The notes beneath the pieces are model-generated. The model was not told the origin of the DNA, did no database searches, and was given only the letters and a program-made list of their open reading frames with translations. From NCBI GenBank assembly GCA_016935315.1, contig JAFGRD010000141.1, positions 12,616-76,615 of the forward strand: DNA of 64,000 nt, given 5' to 3'. Within the stretch, counting starts at the first letter, position 1; each line of letters starts with the position of its first letter. This document shows positions 38,204-46,516 of this stretch, in pieces. A program made the position numbers and the translations under genes. The DNA is from Pirellulales bacterium (GTDB lineage Bacteria; Planctomycetota; Planctomycetia; Pirellulales; Thermoguttaceae).

Positions 38204-39655
38204 CTATCCGGCCCGCAACTGCCGCTCGACCTGCCGGATCGCTTCATCCACGTCCAACGTGCCCGCGGCCAATCGGAGCGGTTGCCCGCCGGCCATCCAG
38301 CCGTCGACCCGCTTCTGGGCCGAAATCACGGTGCTGTGGCTGCGGCGCCCGAAGAACCGACCGATCTCGCTCAGCGCGGCCCGCGTGTGCTTCCGGGCGA
38401 GCCACATCGCCAACATCCGCGGATGGCTGACCCGCTTCGCCTTGCCGCCCGTCTGCAAACTGGCCGGCTCCAGCCCGAACACGTCGCAAACCGCCTTCTC
38501 GATATCCGGCAGCCGCACCGGGCGGGCGCTCTGGCGGATCATTTCGGCCAGCGCCTCCTCGGCCAGCGAAACCGTGATCGGGCGGCCCAGGGCTTCGCTG
38601 GTCGCCTGGAGGCGGCACAACGCCCCGGCCAGCTCCCGGGCGTGATTCGTCAAACGCGAGGCGACGAAATTTCGCACGTCCTCCGACAGGCTCATCTCTC
38701 GCCGCTGGGCCATCTGGCCGACAATTTGCAGCCGGGTCTCGTAGTCGGGCGGTTCGATCCGGCAAACCATGCCGCTTTGCAGTCGCGTGACCAACTCGGG
38801 CCCGAGCTCGACCAGTTCGGCGGGCGGGCGATCGGACGCAAACACCAATTGCCGCCCGTCGCGAAGCAACGCTTCGGCCGTGTGCAACAGTTCGACCTGC
38901 GTGGCCCGTTTGCCCGCAAGGAACTGGAGATCGTCGAGAATCAACAAGCCCACGCCCCGGCAGCGGCGACGAAACATCGGCAGCCCGCTGCCGCGGAGGG
39001 CCTCGAGAAACTCGGTCGTGAACTGCTCGGCCGAGAGATAGATCGCCGAGGTTTGACGGTGCAAACGTCGCGACGCCGTGAAAACGCCCTCCAGCAAATG
39101 GGTCTTGCCGACGCTGGTGGGGCCATAGATCAACAGCGGGTTCATCTCCCCCGGCCGCCGCGCCACCATGGCGGCCGAAGCAGCCGCCAAGGCGTTGCTC
39201 GGCCCCGACACGAACGAGTTGAGCGTGGCAAACTTGCGCCGCGACGTGCCGTTGACGGCCGCCGGCGAGGAGGATTGCGCCGGGCGTTGCTGCGGCCCGA
39301 TGCGCTGGGCGCCCGCACGCGGCTTGGCCGTTCCGTTCGACCCGTTCTTGGCGGCCGTGGGACCTGGAGCACTAGCCAAGGTGGCATCGATGCGAAACTC
39401 CAACTCGACGCTGGCTCCCAGCGTGTCGAGACACGCCTGCTGGATCTGCTGGCGGAAGTTCGCGCGGATCCAGTCGAGAAAGAAGCGGTTTGGTACGCCG
39501 ATGCGCAGCACATCACCGCCGAAATCGAGCCGCGTGCTGGCGCCGAACCAGAGTTCGAATCGCTCCTTGCCGACCCTTTCGGCCAATGCGTCACGCATTG
39601 CCGAAACGACTTCCATATCGTCCGTGGTCACGTCCGATCCATCCCCGGCGCGCAC
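38204..39655 (-). CDS. dnaA: Chromosomal replication initiator protein DnaA.
   Basis: ...LLIYGPTSVGKTHLLEG... Walker A; ...LLILDDLQFLAGK... Walker B; C-terminal DNA-binding ...RMLAMWLARKHTRAALSEIGRFFGRRSHSTVISAQKRV.... Start may be GTG 39655 or ATG 39616. Confidence 0.93.
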   Translation of the reverse strand: MRAGDGSDVTTDDMEVVSAMRDALAERVGKERFELWFGASTRLDFGGDVLRIGVPNRFFLDWIRANFRQQIQQACLDTLGASVELEFRIDATLASAPGPTAAKNGSNGTAKPRAGAQRIGPQQRPAQSSSPAAVNGTSRRKFATLNSFVSGPSNALAAASAAMVARRPGEMNPLLIYGPTSVGKTHLLEGVFTASRRLHRQTSAIYLSAEQFTTEFLEALRGSGLPMFRRRCRGVGLLILDDLQFLAGKRATQVELLHTAEALLRDGRQLVFASDRPPAELVELGPELVTRLQSGMVCRIEPPDYETRLQIVGQMAQRREMSLSEDVRNFVASRLTNHARELAGALCRLQATSEALGRPITVSLAEEALAEMIRQSARPVRLPDIEKAVCDVFGLEPASLQTGGKAKRVSHPRMLAMWLARKHTRAALSEIGRFFGRRSHSTVISAQKRVDGWMAGGQPLRLAAGTLDVDEAIRQVERQLRAG

Positions 39656-39995
39656 CTTCCCCGCCAGTATCTGCCGTCTTGGTCAAATCTTGTCGGCTCC
39701 GGAAGAGTCCGCAGCCCTATGGCGAAAAAGGGACGCCTGCTTCGACGGCCGACGCCGCCTTGGTCCTTGGTTGTGTCACCCGGTTAGACCTGATTTTAGC
39801 GTTGCTGGCTGTGCTGTCAAACCGGGTCCCGGCCGGGCGTGAAAGATTTCTCGATTCCGGCGGCAACGCCTGTGGAATCATCGGAAAATCTCACGCACCC
39901 GGCCGCGGCAACGCAGTGGATTCCCCGCCGACGCTACCGACCTGAAGTGGAAAAACTGTTCAGATTCGGTTGGGCGATCTGCCGACGCCGCACGC

Positions 39996-40928
39996 CTAAC
40001 TGGAACGACCAAACACCTTTAGATAGACGCCGCGCCGTTCCCACGCCCGAAACCCGACGGCCGCGTACATCCGAGTCGCCGGCTCGTTCTCGGCGTCAAC
40101 CGCCAACACCAGCCGCCGCCGCCCCGCCTGACGGGTGAGCCATTGGGCATGCCGGGCGATGTCCAGCCCCCAACCGTGACCTCGATGCGCCGCCGCCACG
40201 CCCATATAAACCAGCTCCCAGTTGTCGTGTTCCGCATGGTCGGCCAACAGCAAACAGCCCACGTCCTCGTCCGCGTGGCGGGCAATCAACCAGCGGGCGG
40301 GGTCAAACTGTCCAGTGGCCCGATAGCCGGCCAACACGTCTTCGGTTTCGCGCACACCATCGAGCTCCGGACAGTCGCGAGTCTGTTCATAGGTGGCCTC
40401 TACCATGCGAGCCAGCCGCTGGTGATTGGCCACACTGTAGGCCTCGAACTGAAGCGGTGATGTCGGCAAATGCGAAGGGAACTGGTCTTCTGCGCAGGCC
40501 AGGTAAAGCAGGTCGGTCAGGCGGTCGAATCCCCCGGCACGCAACAACCCGTCGTCCGCATGGCGCTCCGACGGCAAATGAACCTGCGCCACGCAGACAC
40601 GGTGGTTGGCCAGCCAGTCGGCCGCGGCGTCCAGAAGCTGCCTCGCAATCGTGGCCGCCTCGTCGGGCACAACTCGTGGGACCCAGACCGTGGCCGTCCG
40701 CCCAGGCTGCAACTGTGCAAGCACCGCCCCCACCAGTCGTCCGGACTGATAGGCCCCCAACAACCCCTGCCGCGAGAGTTCGCCGGAGGCAACCGCCGCC
40801 AGCCACGCCGCAACCTGCTGCTGCCGTTGGGCAACCGGCAACCTGGAGCACACCAATGCGAAGGCGTCGGCGCGTCGGTCGGCAGAAACGGCACGAATCT
40901 CCGTAGGCTGATCGTCGGTCACACTCAT
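39996..40928 (-). CDS. Tandem GNAT-family N-acetyltransferase (mycothiol-synthase-like, two acyl-CoA acyltransferase domains).
   Basis: ...LVYMGVAAAHRGHGWGLDIARHA... and ...RMYAAVGFR... GNAT motifs. Confidence 0.65.
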   Translation of the reverse strand: MSVTDDQPTEIRAVSADRRADAFALVCSRLPVAQRQQQVAAWLAAVASGELSRQGLLGAYQSGRLVGAVLAQLQPGRTATVWVPRVVPDEAATIARQLLDAAADWLANHRVCVAQVHLPSERHADDGLLRAGGFDRLTDLLYLACAEDQFPSHLPTSPLQFEAYSVANHQRLARMVEATYEQTRDCPELDGVRETEDVLAGYRATGQFDPARWLIARHADEDVGCLLLADHAEHDNWELVYMGVAAAHRGHGWGLDIARHAQWLTRQAGRRRLVLAVDAENEPATRMYAAVGFRAWERRGVYLKVFGRSS

Positions 40929-40995
40929 AAGACAGAAGATACACCAATTGCGAAGAACCGGTTAGGTCGATTTGTCACCGCCCGGGGGGCAACGG

Positions 40996-42180
40996 CTATC
41001 GTGCGAGACGCGGGGTGAATTCGGCCCTGATCTGCCGCGTGGCGGCAAAGTCGATTCGGCCGGCGTCCAGATCGGGCAGGCCCTGGTGCTGGAAGATGAC
41101 GCGGTGCGTTTCTGCCGAGACGTTTTCGATCGTGCAGGGCGTGGTGCAGGGTGTTCCGTCGGGTCGCAGTTGCCGTACGCCGTCCAGCAGAATCGTGGCC
41201 TCGTACGGCTCGGTGATGAAATTGACCTGCACCCGCGGCGGATTGCCGGGCCAGAAGCAGACGGCGGCCAACGCGGCCGCGGCGGCCAACGCTGCGATCG
41301 AAACCGCGATCCAGCGCCGCCGGCCATGGCTTTCCGCCGCCGGCTTGCGGGGCTCCGCAATCTCGCGGAGCATCGCGTCGGCATCGGCGAATCGCTGCTG
41401 GGGATCCGGCTGGCAGGCCCCCAGGGCCAATCGCACCAGCAGGCACAGGGTCGGGTCGGCCGCTACGTCGGCGGCCCTCTCGCCCAGCCGCGGAAAACTG
41501 TCGGCCGGCAGCCCCGTAACCATCTCGTAAATGGCCAATCCGGCCGCGTACACGTCGGCCCGGGCGTCCATCCGCCCGTCGGGAGGCATGTATTTTTGGG
41601 TACCCACGCGGGAAATCTGCGGATTGGCCTCGGTCAGCAGGCCGAAGTCGGCCAGCTTCAATTGCCCGTCGACAAACAGGCAGTTGGCCGGCTTCACGTC
41701 GCGGTGGACCATGCCGGCCTCGTGCAGCGATGCCAGGCCGGCCAACAATTGGCGGGCACAGCGGAGGCAGTCATTGACGGGCAAGGGACCGTCGCCCAAG
41801 CGGTTCAGCAGAGTGGCCGCTCGATAATCGGCGTCGGGCGACGCCGGCCTTCCGGTCGCATCGTCGGCCAGATCCATCACGTAAAACAGATGCTCGGCCG
41901 TTTGGCCCACGTGGTGAATGGTCAGCAGATTCGCGTGTTGGCGGCGGAGGTTGGCTTCCAGCCGCGTGATCGACGTGATTTCCCGTCCGGCCGGATCGGT
42001 GGTGCCCCGGCGGCGCAGCGAGATCACCTTCACGGCGCGCAGATGCCCCGTGGTCCGATTCGTGGCCAGCCAAACCCGACCGAACCCCCCCTGTCCGATC
42101 GGCCGAATCAACTCGAAGTCGGGCACTTCCGGAACGGTCTCGTCGTCGTCCAGCCGGAATGGTACTGTGGGATCGCACAC
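40996..42180 (-). CDS. Ser/Thr protein kinase with a C-terminal TM helix and an extracytoplasmic PEGA domain.
   Basis: GTG start right after the sigma gene. IGQGGFGRVWLA; HRDVKPANCL; DFGL; TM WIAVSIAALAAAAALAAVCFW; C-terminal ...ATILLDGVRQLRPDGTPCTTPCTIENVSAETHRVIF.... Confidence 0.8.
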   Translation of the reverse strand: MCDPTVPFRLDDDETVPEVPDFELIRPIGQGGFGRVWLATNRTTGHLRAVKVISLRRRGTTDPAGREITSITRLEANLRRQHANLLTIHHVGQTAEHLFYVMDLADDATGRPASPDADYRAATLLNRLGDGPLPVNDCLRCARQLLAGLASLHEAGMVHRDVKPANCLFVDGQLKLADFGLLTEANPQISRVGTQKYMPPDGRMDARADVYAAGLAIYEMVTGLPADSFPRLGERAADVAADPTLCLLVRLALGACQPDPQQRFADADAMLREIAEPRKPAAESHGRRRWIAVSIAALAAAAALAAVCFWPGNPPRVQVNFITEPYEATILLDGVRQLRPDGTPCTTPCTIENVSAETHRVIFQHQGLPDLDAGRIDFAATRQIRAEFTPRLAR

Positions 42181-42191
42181 GGGGCGGAGTC

Positions 42192-42884
42192 CTAGCGTGA
42201 ACGCATGGTTTTCTCGATTCGGGTGGCGACCGACCGCTGAACGGCGGCCGAGGGCTGCAACCGCACGGCCTGTTTGACGCGTTGGTCGAGCCGCCCTTCG
42301 TCGGCGTAGCTTCCGCCGAGCTCCTGCAGCCGCCGAAGCACGCGCCGCCGCGCCTTGTAGGCCGCGTTGCGCGAGAGCCCTGTGATCCTGGCGACCTCGA
42401 AGCCCGACAGCTCGTGGAGCGTCAGCAGCTCGAACGCCAAATACGCTTCGGGACTCGTCTCGCGGCGGACGACGTCCAGCAGCGACATCAGCAAAACGCT
42501 CTCGAAGGCCTGTTCCCAGGCAGCTTCGGGCGCGGGATCGTCGGCAGGCGGCTCGGGCGGCCGATCGTCGCTGTTGCCGCCGCGCGGCCGCACCCGTTCC
42601 GACGGCCGGCGGCGATACTCGGCCACCTTGTTGCGGACCACCATGCCCAGCCAATCGCGAAAACGGCCCCGCTGCGGGTCGTAGCGAAACACGTCGCGGT
42701 GCTCGAAGATCCGGAGCATCACGTCTTGAACCACCTCCTCGGCGGTGTGGTCCGAGCAGCCGCGGTGCCGGGCATAGGCATGAATCAGCGGCCAATAGCG
42801 GTGGAAAAACTCGTCCCACGCCAGCGCGTCGGCTCCGTCGCGGAGTCGTTGAATCAGGGTCACCCTCGTTTTGCCGCTCATCAC
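42192..42884 (-). CDS. ECF-type RNA polymerase sigma factor (sigma-70 family, region 2 + region 4).
   Basis: ...DEFFHRYWPLIHAYARHRGCSDHTAEEVVQDVMLRIFE... region 2; ...LLTLHELSGFEVARITGLSRNAAYKARRRVLRRL... region 4. Immediately upstream of the kinase, like the ECF-STK pairs of Planctomycetes. Confidence 0.8.
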   Translation of the reverse strand: MMSGKTRVTLIQRLRDGADALAWDEFFHRYWPLIHAYARHRGCSDHTAEEVVQDVMLRIFEHRDVFRYDPQRGRFRDWLGMVVRNKVAEYRRRPSERVRPRGGNSDDRPPEPPADDPAPEAAWEQAFESVLLMSLLDVVRRETSPEAYLAFELLTLHELSGFEVARITGLSRNAAYKARRRVLRRLQELGGSYADEGRLDQRVKQAVRLQPSAAVQRSVATRIEKTMRSR

Positions 42885-43009
42885 GTCGGGATTCTACCGC
42901 AGATCGGATGGTTTTCAAGAAAGCCGGGCCGATTTTCCCGCTTCGGCGCATATCTCTATCGGCGGCGGACGGTCCGCCGCACCATCGCAACGGAGTAGCC
43001 GCCTCTCAA

Positions 43010-43065
43010 ACAACTACGCAGACGCCGGCAACTACGCAGACGCCGGCAACTACGCAGACGCCGCC
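43010..43065 (+). repeat. Three tandem 18-bp direct repeats in the divergent promoter region.
   Basis: caactacgcagacgccgg repeated three times. Lies between the sigma factor (minus) and the 43282 gene (plus). Confidence 0.75.
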
Positions 43066-43281
43066 TCTCCTTCCATGGTAAACTGAAACGTCACCGCCTG
43101 ATAGCCGCTTCGCCTCGCGCACAACGATCTTGGAGCCCGTCGGAAACAAGACGGGCGCGCGGGAAAGATAGCGGCGCGATGCGACCGTGCCGGGAAACCC
43201 CCGTCGCGGCGGCCGGACGATGCATCGCCGGCCGGCGTACCGCATCAGGCGGGCAGAAAACAGACAGCAAAGGTTAAAACG

Positions 43282-46200
43282 ATGAAAGCCGCCTTCTGGT
43301 CGTGGGTCCTCTGGTGCGCCGTCGCTCCCCAGGTGCAAACATCCCAGACGCCCGAAACCCTGCTCTATATCCGCACCACGCCCTCCGGGGCCGAAATCTC
43401 CCTGGACGGCAAGCCGCTGGGCACGTCCGACGGGCTGTTTCCAGTCAAGCCGGGAACCTACAAGATCGTCGTCGACTTGCAGGACCACCAGCCCAAGCAG
43501 CAAAGCATCACTCTCCGCGACGGGCAAATCACGCGGATCGAGTTGGAATTGCAGGCCACAGCCGGACGGCGCCGCGCGACGGCGCGCCCGCTGATTCCAC
43601 GGCCTGCCTTCGGCCGCTTCGACGTTCGCCTCGAGCTGCGGGTCGCCCCGGCAGCGCCCGGATGCGAGTTCGCCACACTTGCCAAGGAACACGTCGCCCG
43701 GTACCGGAAGGACCTCCAAACAAAGGGGCCGCTTGCCGGCCGCGTGCCCGAGGCGCTTTACGCCTGGTTCGAGCTGCGGGTCGAGCCGTCGCCGGAACTG
43801 ATCACCGCCGAGTATCAGGGGGCGACCTACGTCCTGCTGTCGAACCGCCCCGACGAGGTCATGCTGGCCTCGCGCGACGGTGCCGACGCCTGGGGACTGA
43901 CGTCGGTCGACGTGACGGCCGACGGTCGCGGAGCGCCGGCCATCGGCGCAGAGATGGACGAGGCCGGCGCGAGGCTTCTGGCGGCCTTGAGCGGGTCGCA
44001 CCTCGGCCAGCGCGTGGCGATACTGCTGTGCGACCAGGTACTGGCAGCGCCGGTCGTCCGCGGCAAGATCTCCGAGAGGATTGCGATCACCGGACAGTTC
44101 GAGCGCCGCGAGGTCGAAGAGCTGGTCGCGGCGTTGAGGGCCAGCCTGGCCCGGCCCGGCGCCGGTGCGCCGACCGCCACAGTCGAGAGCCGCGTGTTGG
44201 CCGACGCCTGTGCCCAAATGTTGGGCGACTTTGTCGCTGCGCGGAAGCAGGCCGGCGGCAAGATCCCCGACGATTGGGATTCTCCGCAGTTCGTTCCCCG
44301 AACGATCGAGCAGTGTAAGCGGCAGTATCCCGGCCCGTTTGCCGTGACGCCGGAAGAGGAACGCCGGTTCACCGCGGGCGAGTTTGATGACGCGGCTGCT
44401 TCGCGACGCGCCGGCGAGGCCATCCAATCGTTGACCAAGGACAAGGTCGAGTTGCCCGCCGGAGCCCAGTACCTCATCGACGAATTCCAGACGGGAAGGC
44501 TCCAAGGGGCCCGGCTGGAACTGGCCGCGCGGTTACTTGCGGCACAGCTCCAGGACACCGCTCAAATGCAGCACCGCTCTGTCCAGACGGCCCTCAAGCT
44601 CCTTGAGACCTCCTTGGCGTGCTATCAGCTCGACCTGGGAGTGTATCCGACGACTGACGAGGGCTTGGCCGCGCTGACCAGCAAGCCGGCCACCGCCGGG
44701 ACCCAAGAGAAATGGCAAGGTCCCTATGCCAGCGAGTTGCCCCGAGATCCTTGGGGCCACGACTATCGATACCGCCGGCCCGGCAAGCACCAGCCGGATT
44801 CGTTCGACCTCTGGTCGGTCGGCCCGGACGGCCTCGACGGCACGGCGGACGACGTGGGCAATTGGCCCGAGCACGACGATGCCGCGGACGACAACCGGCC
44901 GGCCGACCCGAACCGCCGCCCGCGATACTTCGTGCGTCTGGTGTTGGGCGACGACACCATGACCTTGGAAGGTGCCACGACCACGTGGGAGGAGTTGCCC
45001 GAGTTGCTGGAGCGAGTCCCCAACCGCGGACAGACCGTGTTGGAGATTGCGGTCGCGGCGGAGAAGCCAAGCGACAAGCAGCGTGCCGACGCGATGCGTC
45101 GGGCCAGCGGCCTGGCCCGGCGTTTCGGGTTTGAATACCCCAGTATCGTCGGTGTGCATCCCCTGGGGTCAAGGGGGGCGCCGCCCCAGACCGACTCCCC
45201 CAAAGCGGCCCCAGCGCCGGAGACGTCGGACGGAGCGGCCAAGGAGGTCTTGCGGCGCTACAGCCAGGCCGTTTGGGCCGAGGCATTGCCCCGGCTCGAA
45301 TCCGCGTCGGGGCCCGAGGCCACGGAGATGATCCAACAGGTCGCCATGGAGGCGGCGCAGCGCCACATTCTACCGCAGAAAGACCTCGTTGCCCGATACG
45401 CCCTGAGTCGAATGCCCGACGCCGAGCCGGTCGATGCTTCGCAATGGACGGAGAAAGTGGTGTTCCGCCCCGAGGACGATGCGGCCGATTCCCCGCGGCA
45501 ACCGACGGCCTTCTGGCATCCGATCGTGGTGGCAGCCGGACTGCAGCAACAGGTGATGGTCAAGGACATGTCGGCGAAGCGTTTCGGCACGTTTGCCATG
45601 TCGCGCTTCTACGCCCCTGCGCCGACCACCGTCTTGGATCGCAACCTGGACCATCCGGTGATCGCGACGGCCTTCGGCGACCAGTTGCTGGTGGCTCATC
45701 TGCGCCGGGCCGACGACGGTCTTTACCACGGCGAGCAGGTCCGCTGGCTGACAAAGCGGCCCGCGGCCACGCAGGATTACTTCCTGCTGCCGGTCGGCGC
45801 CACGCCGGCGCAGCGGCTCGTTCACACCTTCAGCAAGATCGTCTGGAACGACTTGCTGCCACGGTTGGCCGGGCAGGAGCCGGAAGTCCTCGCAAAGGAA
45901 TTGGGGAGGTTTTCCCGTCGCTTTTTCGTCAAACACCACGAGCTGCTGAAGGCCGAAGGCGAGCGGCTCCTGGCCGAATTGCCGAAGTCGGAACCCATCG
46001 ACTTCTCGCAATGGACATCCCGCTTCCCGGAAACCACCGACGAAATGTCTGAGGCGATGCGGCACGCGATGGCCTCGGAGCGGGCTGATATCGGTATCGG
46101 CGATGTGCACCTGTGCTTCAACCCGGTCCAGATGGCGGCCATGATGCAGCAAACCACGCTGGCCAGGCTGGCCGGCCCGGGAATGCTCGGGCTGCGTTCG

Positions 46201-46410
46201 ATGGTGCGGGCGGCGGCCGTGTATCCCTTGGACGCGATCCTCGACGGCGATCCCCAACGGCCCGCCATTGCCACACGGATGGGCGACGAGCTGTCCATCG
46301 TCCGCTTGCGTCGCCAGCCCAACGGTGCCTACGAATTCGACCGGATTGAGTGGCTGGTCCGTGCGAAGGCCGATTCGAAAGCGACTAAGGCGGCGCCCCG
46401 TCGCAAGTGA
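43282..46410 (+). CDS. Large secreted chimeric protein: N-terminal PEGA domain, SecD-P1-head-like domain, internal GspG (T2SS pseudopilin)-like domain, ExbD/TolR-like domain, and a C-terminal region of unknown function.
   Basis: PEGA: LLYIRTTPSGAEISLDGKPLGTSDGLFPVKPGTYKIVV. SecD-like: ...QRVAILLCDQVLAAPVVRGKISERIAITGQFERREVEELVAALRA. GspG-like: ...YQLDLGVYPTTDEGLAALTSKP...WQGPYASELPRDPWGHDYRYRRPGKHQPDSFDLWSVGPDGLDGTADDVGNW. ExbD-like: ...YFVRLVLGDDTMTLEGATTTWEELPELLERVPNRGQTVLEIA.... Confidence 0.7.
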   Translation: MKAAFWSWVLWCAVAPQVQTSQTPETLLYIRTTPSGAEISLDGKPLGTSDGLFPVKPGTYKIVVDLQDHQPKQQSITLRDGQITRIELELQATAGRRRATARPLIPRPAFGRFDVRLELRVAPAAPGCEFATLAKEHVARYRKDLQTKGPLAGRVPEALYAWFELRVEPSPELITAEYQGATYVLLSNRPDEVMLASRDGADAWGLTSVDVTADGRGAPAIGAEMDEAGARLLAALSGSHLGQRVAILLCDQVLAAPVVRGKISERIAITGQFERREVEELVAALRASLARPGAGAPTATVESRVLADACAQMLGDFVAARKQAGGKIPDDWDSPQFVPRTIEQCKRQYPGPFAVTPEEERRFTAGEFDDAAASRRAGEAIQSLTKDKVELPAGAQYLIDEFQTGRLQGARLELAARLLAAQLQDTAQMQHRSVQTALKLLETSLACYQLDLGVYPTTDEGLAALTSKPATAGTQEKWQGPYASELPRDPWGHDYRYRRPGKHQPDSFDLWSVGPDGLDGTADDVGNWPEHDDAADDNRPADPNRRPRYFVRLVLGDDTMTLEGATTTWEELPELLERVPNRGQTVLEIAVAAEKPSDKQRADAMRRASGLARRFGFEYPSIVGVHPLGSRGAPPQTDSPKAAPAPETSDGAAKEVLRRYSQAVWAEALPRLESASGPEATEMIQQVAMEAAQRHILPQKDLVARYALSRMPDAEPVDASQWTEKVVFRPEDDAADSPRQPTAFWHPIVVAAGLQQQVMVKDMSAKRFGTFAMSRFYAPAPTTVLDRNLDHPVIATAFGDQLLVAHLRRADDGLYHGEQVRWLTKRPAATQDYFLLPVGATPAQRLVHTFSKIVWNDLLPRLAGQEPEVLAKELGRFSRRFFVKHHELLKAEGERLLAELPKSEPIDFSQWTSRFPETTDEMSEAMRHAMASERADIGIGDVHLCFNPVQMAAMMQQTTLARLAGPGMLGLRSMVRAAAVYPLDAILDGDPQRPAIATRMGDELSIVRLRRQPNGAYEFDRIEWLVRAKADSKATKAAPRRK

Positions 46411-46509
46411 TGTCCGCATTGCGAATGATCCAGGCCGGCCCACGGGAGGCCGGGAAAGTCGGGCTCCCGTGGGTCGCCGTCGCGCATTGACGGTGCCCAC
46501 GTCAATAAG
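46409..46509 (-). mobile_element. MITE-like element copy F (reverse orientation).
   Basis: The plus strand carries gtgatgtccgcattgcgaatgatccaggccggcccacgggaggccgggaaagtcgggctcccgtgggtcgccgtcgcgcattgacggtgcccacgtcaataag. The TGA stop of the 43282..46410 gene lies inside the element terminus. The element sits between convergent genes. Confidence 0.8.
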
Positions 46510-46516
46510 ATGCCGG

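Noticed and set aside
38189-39787. 532-aa plus-strand ORF
   Set aside because: Antisense to dnaA.
42181-42990. N-terminal 270 codons of ORF 40996..42990
   Set aside because: They overlap the ECF sigma factor gene. The kinase starts at the GTG just after the sigma stop.
43010-43065. Possible CRISPR array
   Set aside because: Only three 18-bp units with no spacers; the same holds for the 17-bp x3 repeat at 21905. No cas genes are in the window.
43006-44505. 499-aa minus-strand ORF
   Set aside because: Antisense to the 1042-aa chimeric protein gene.
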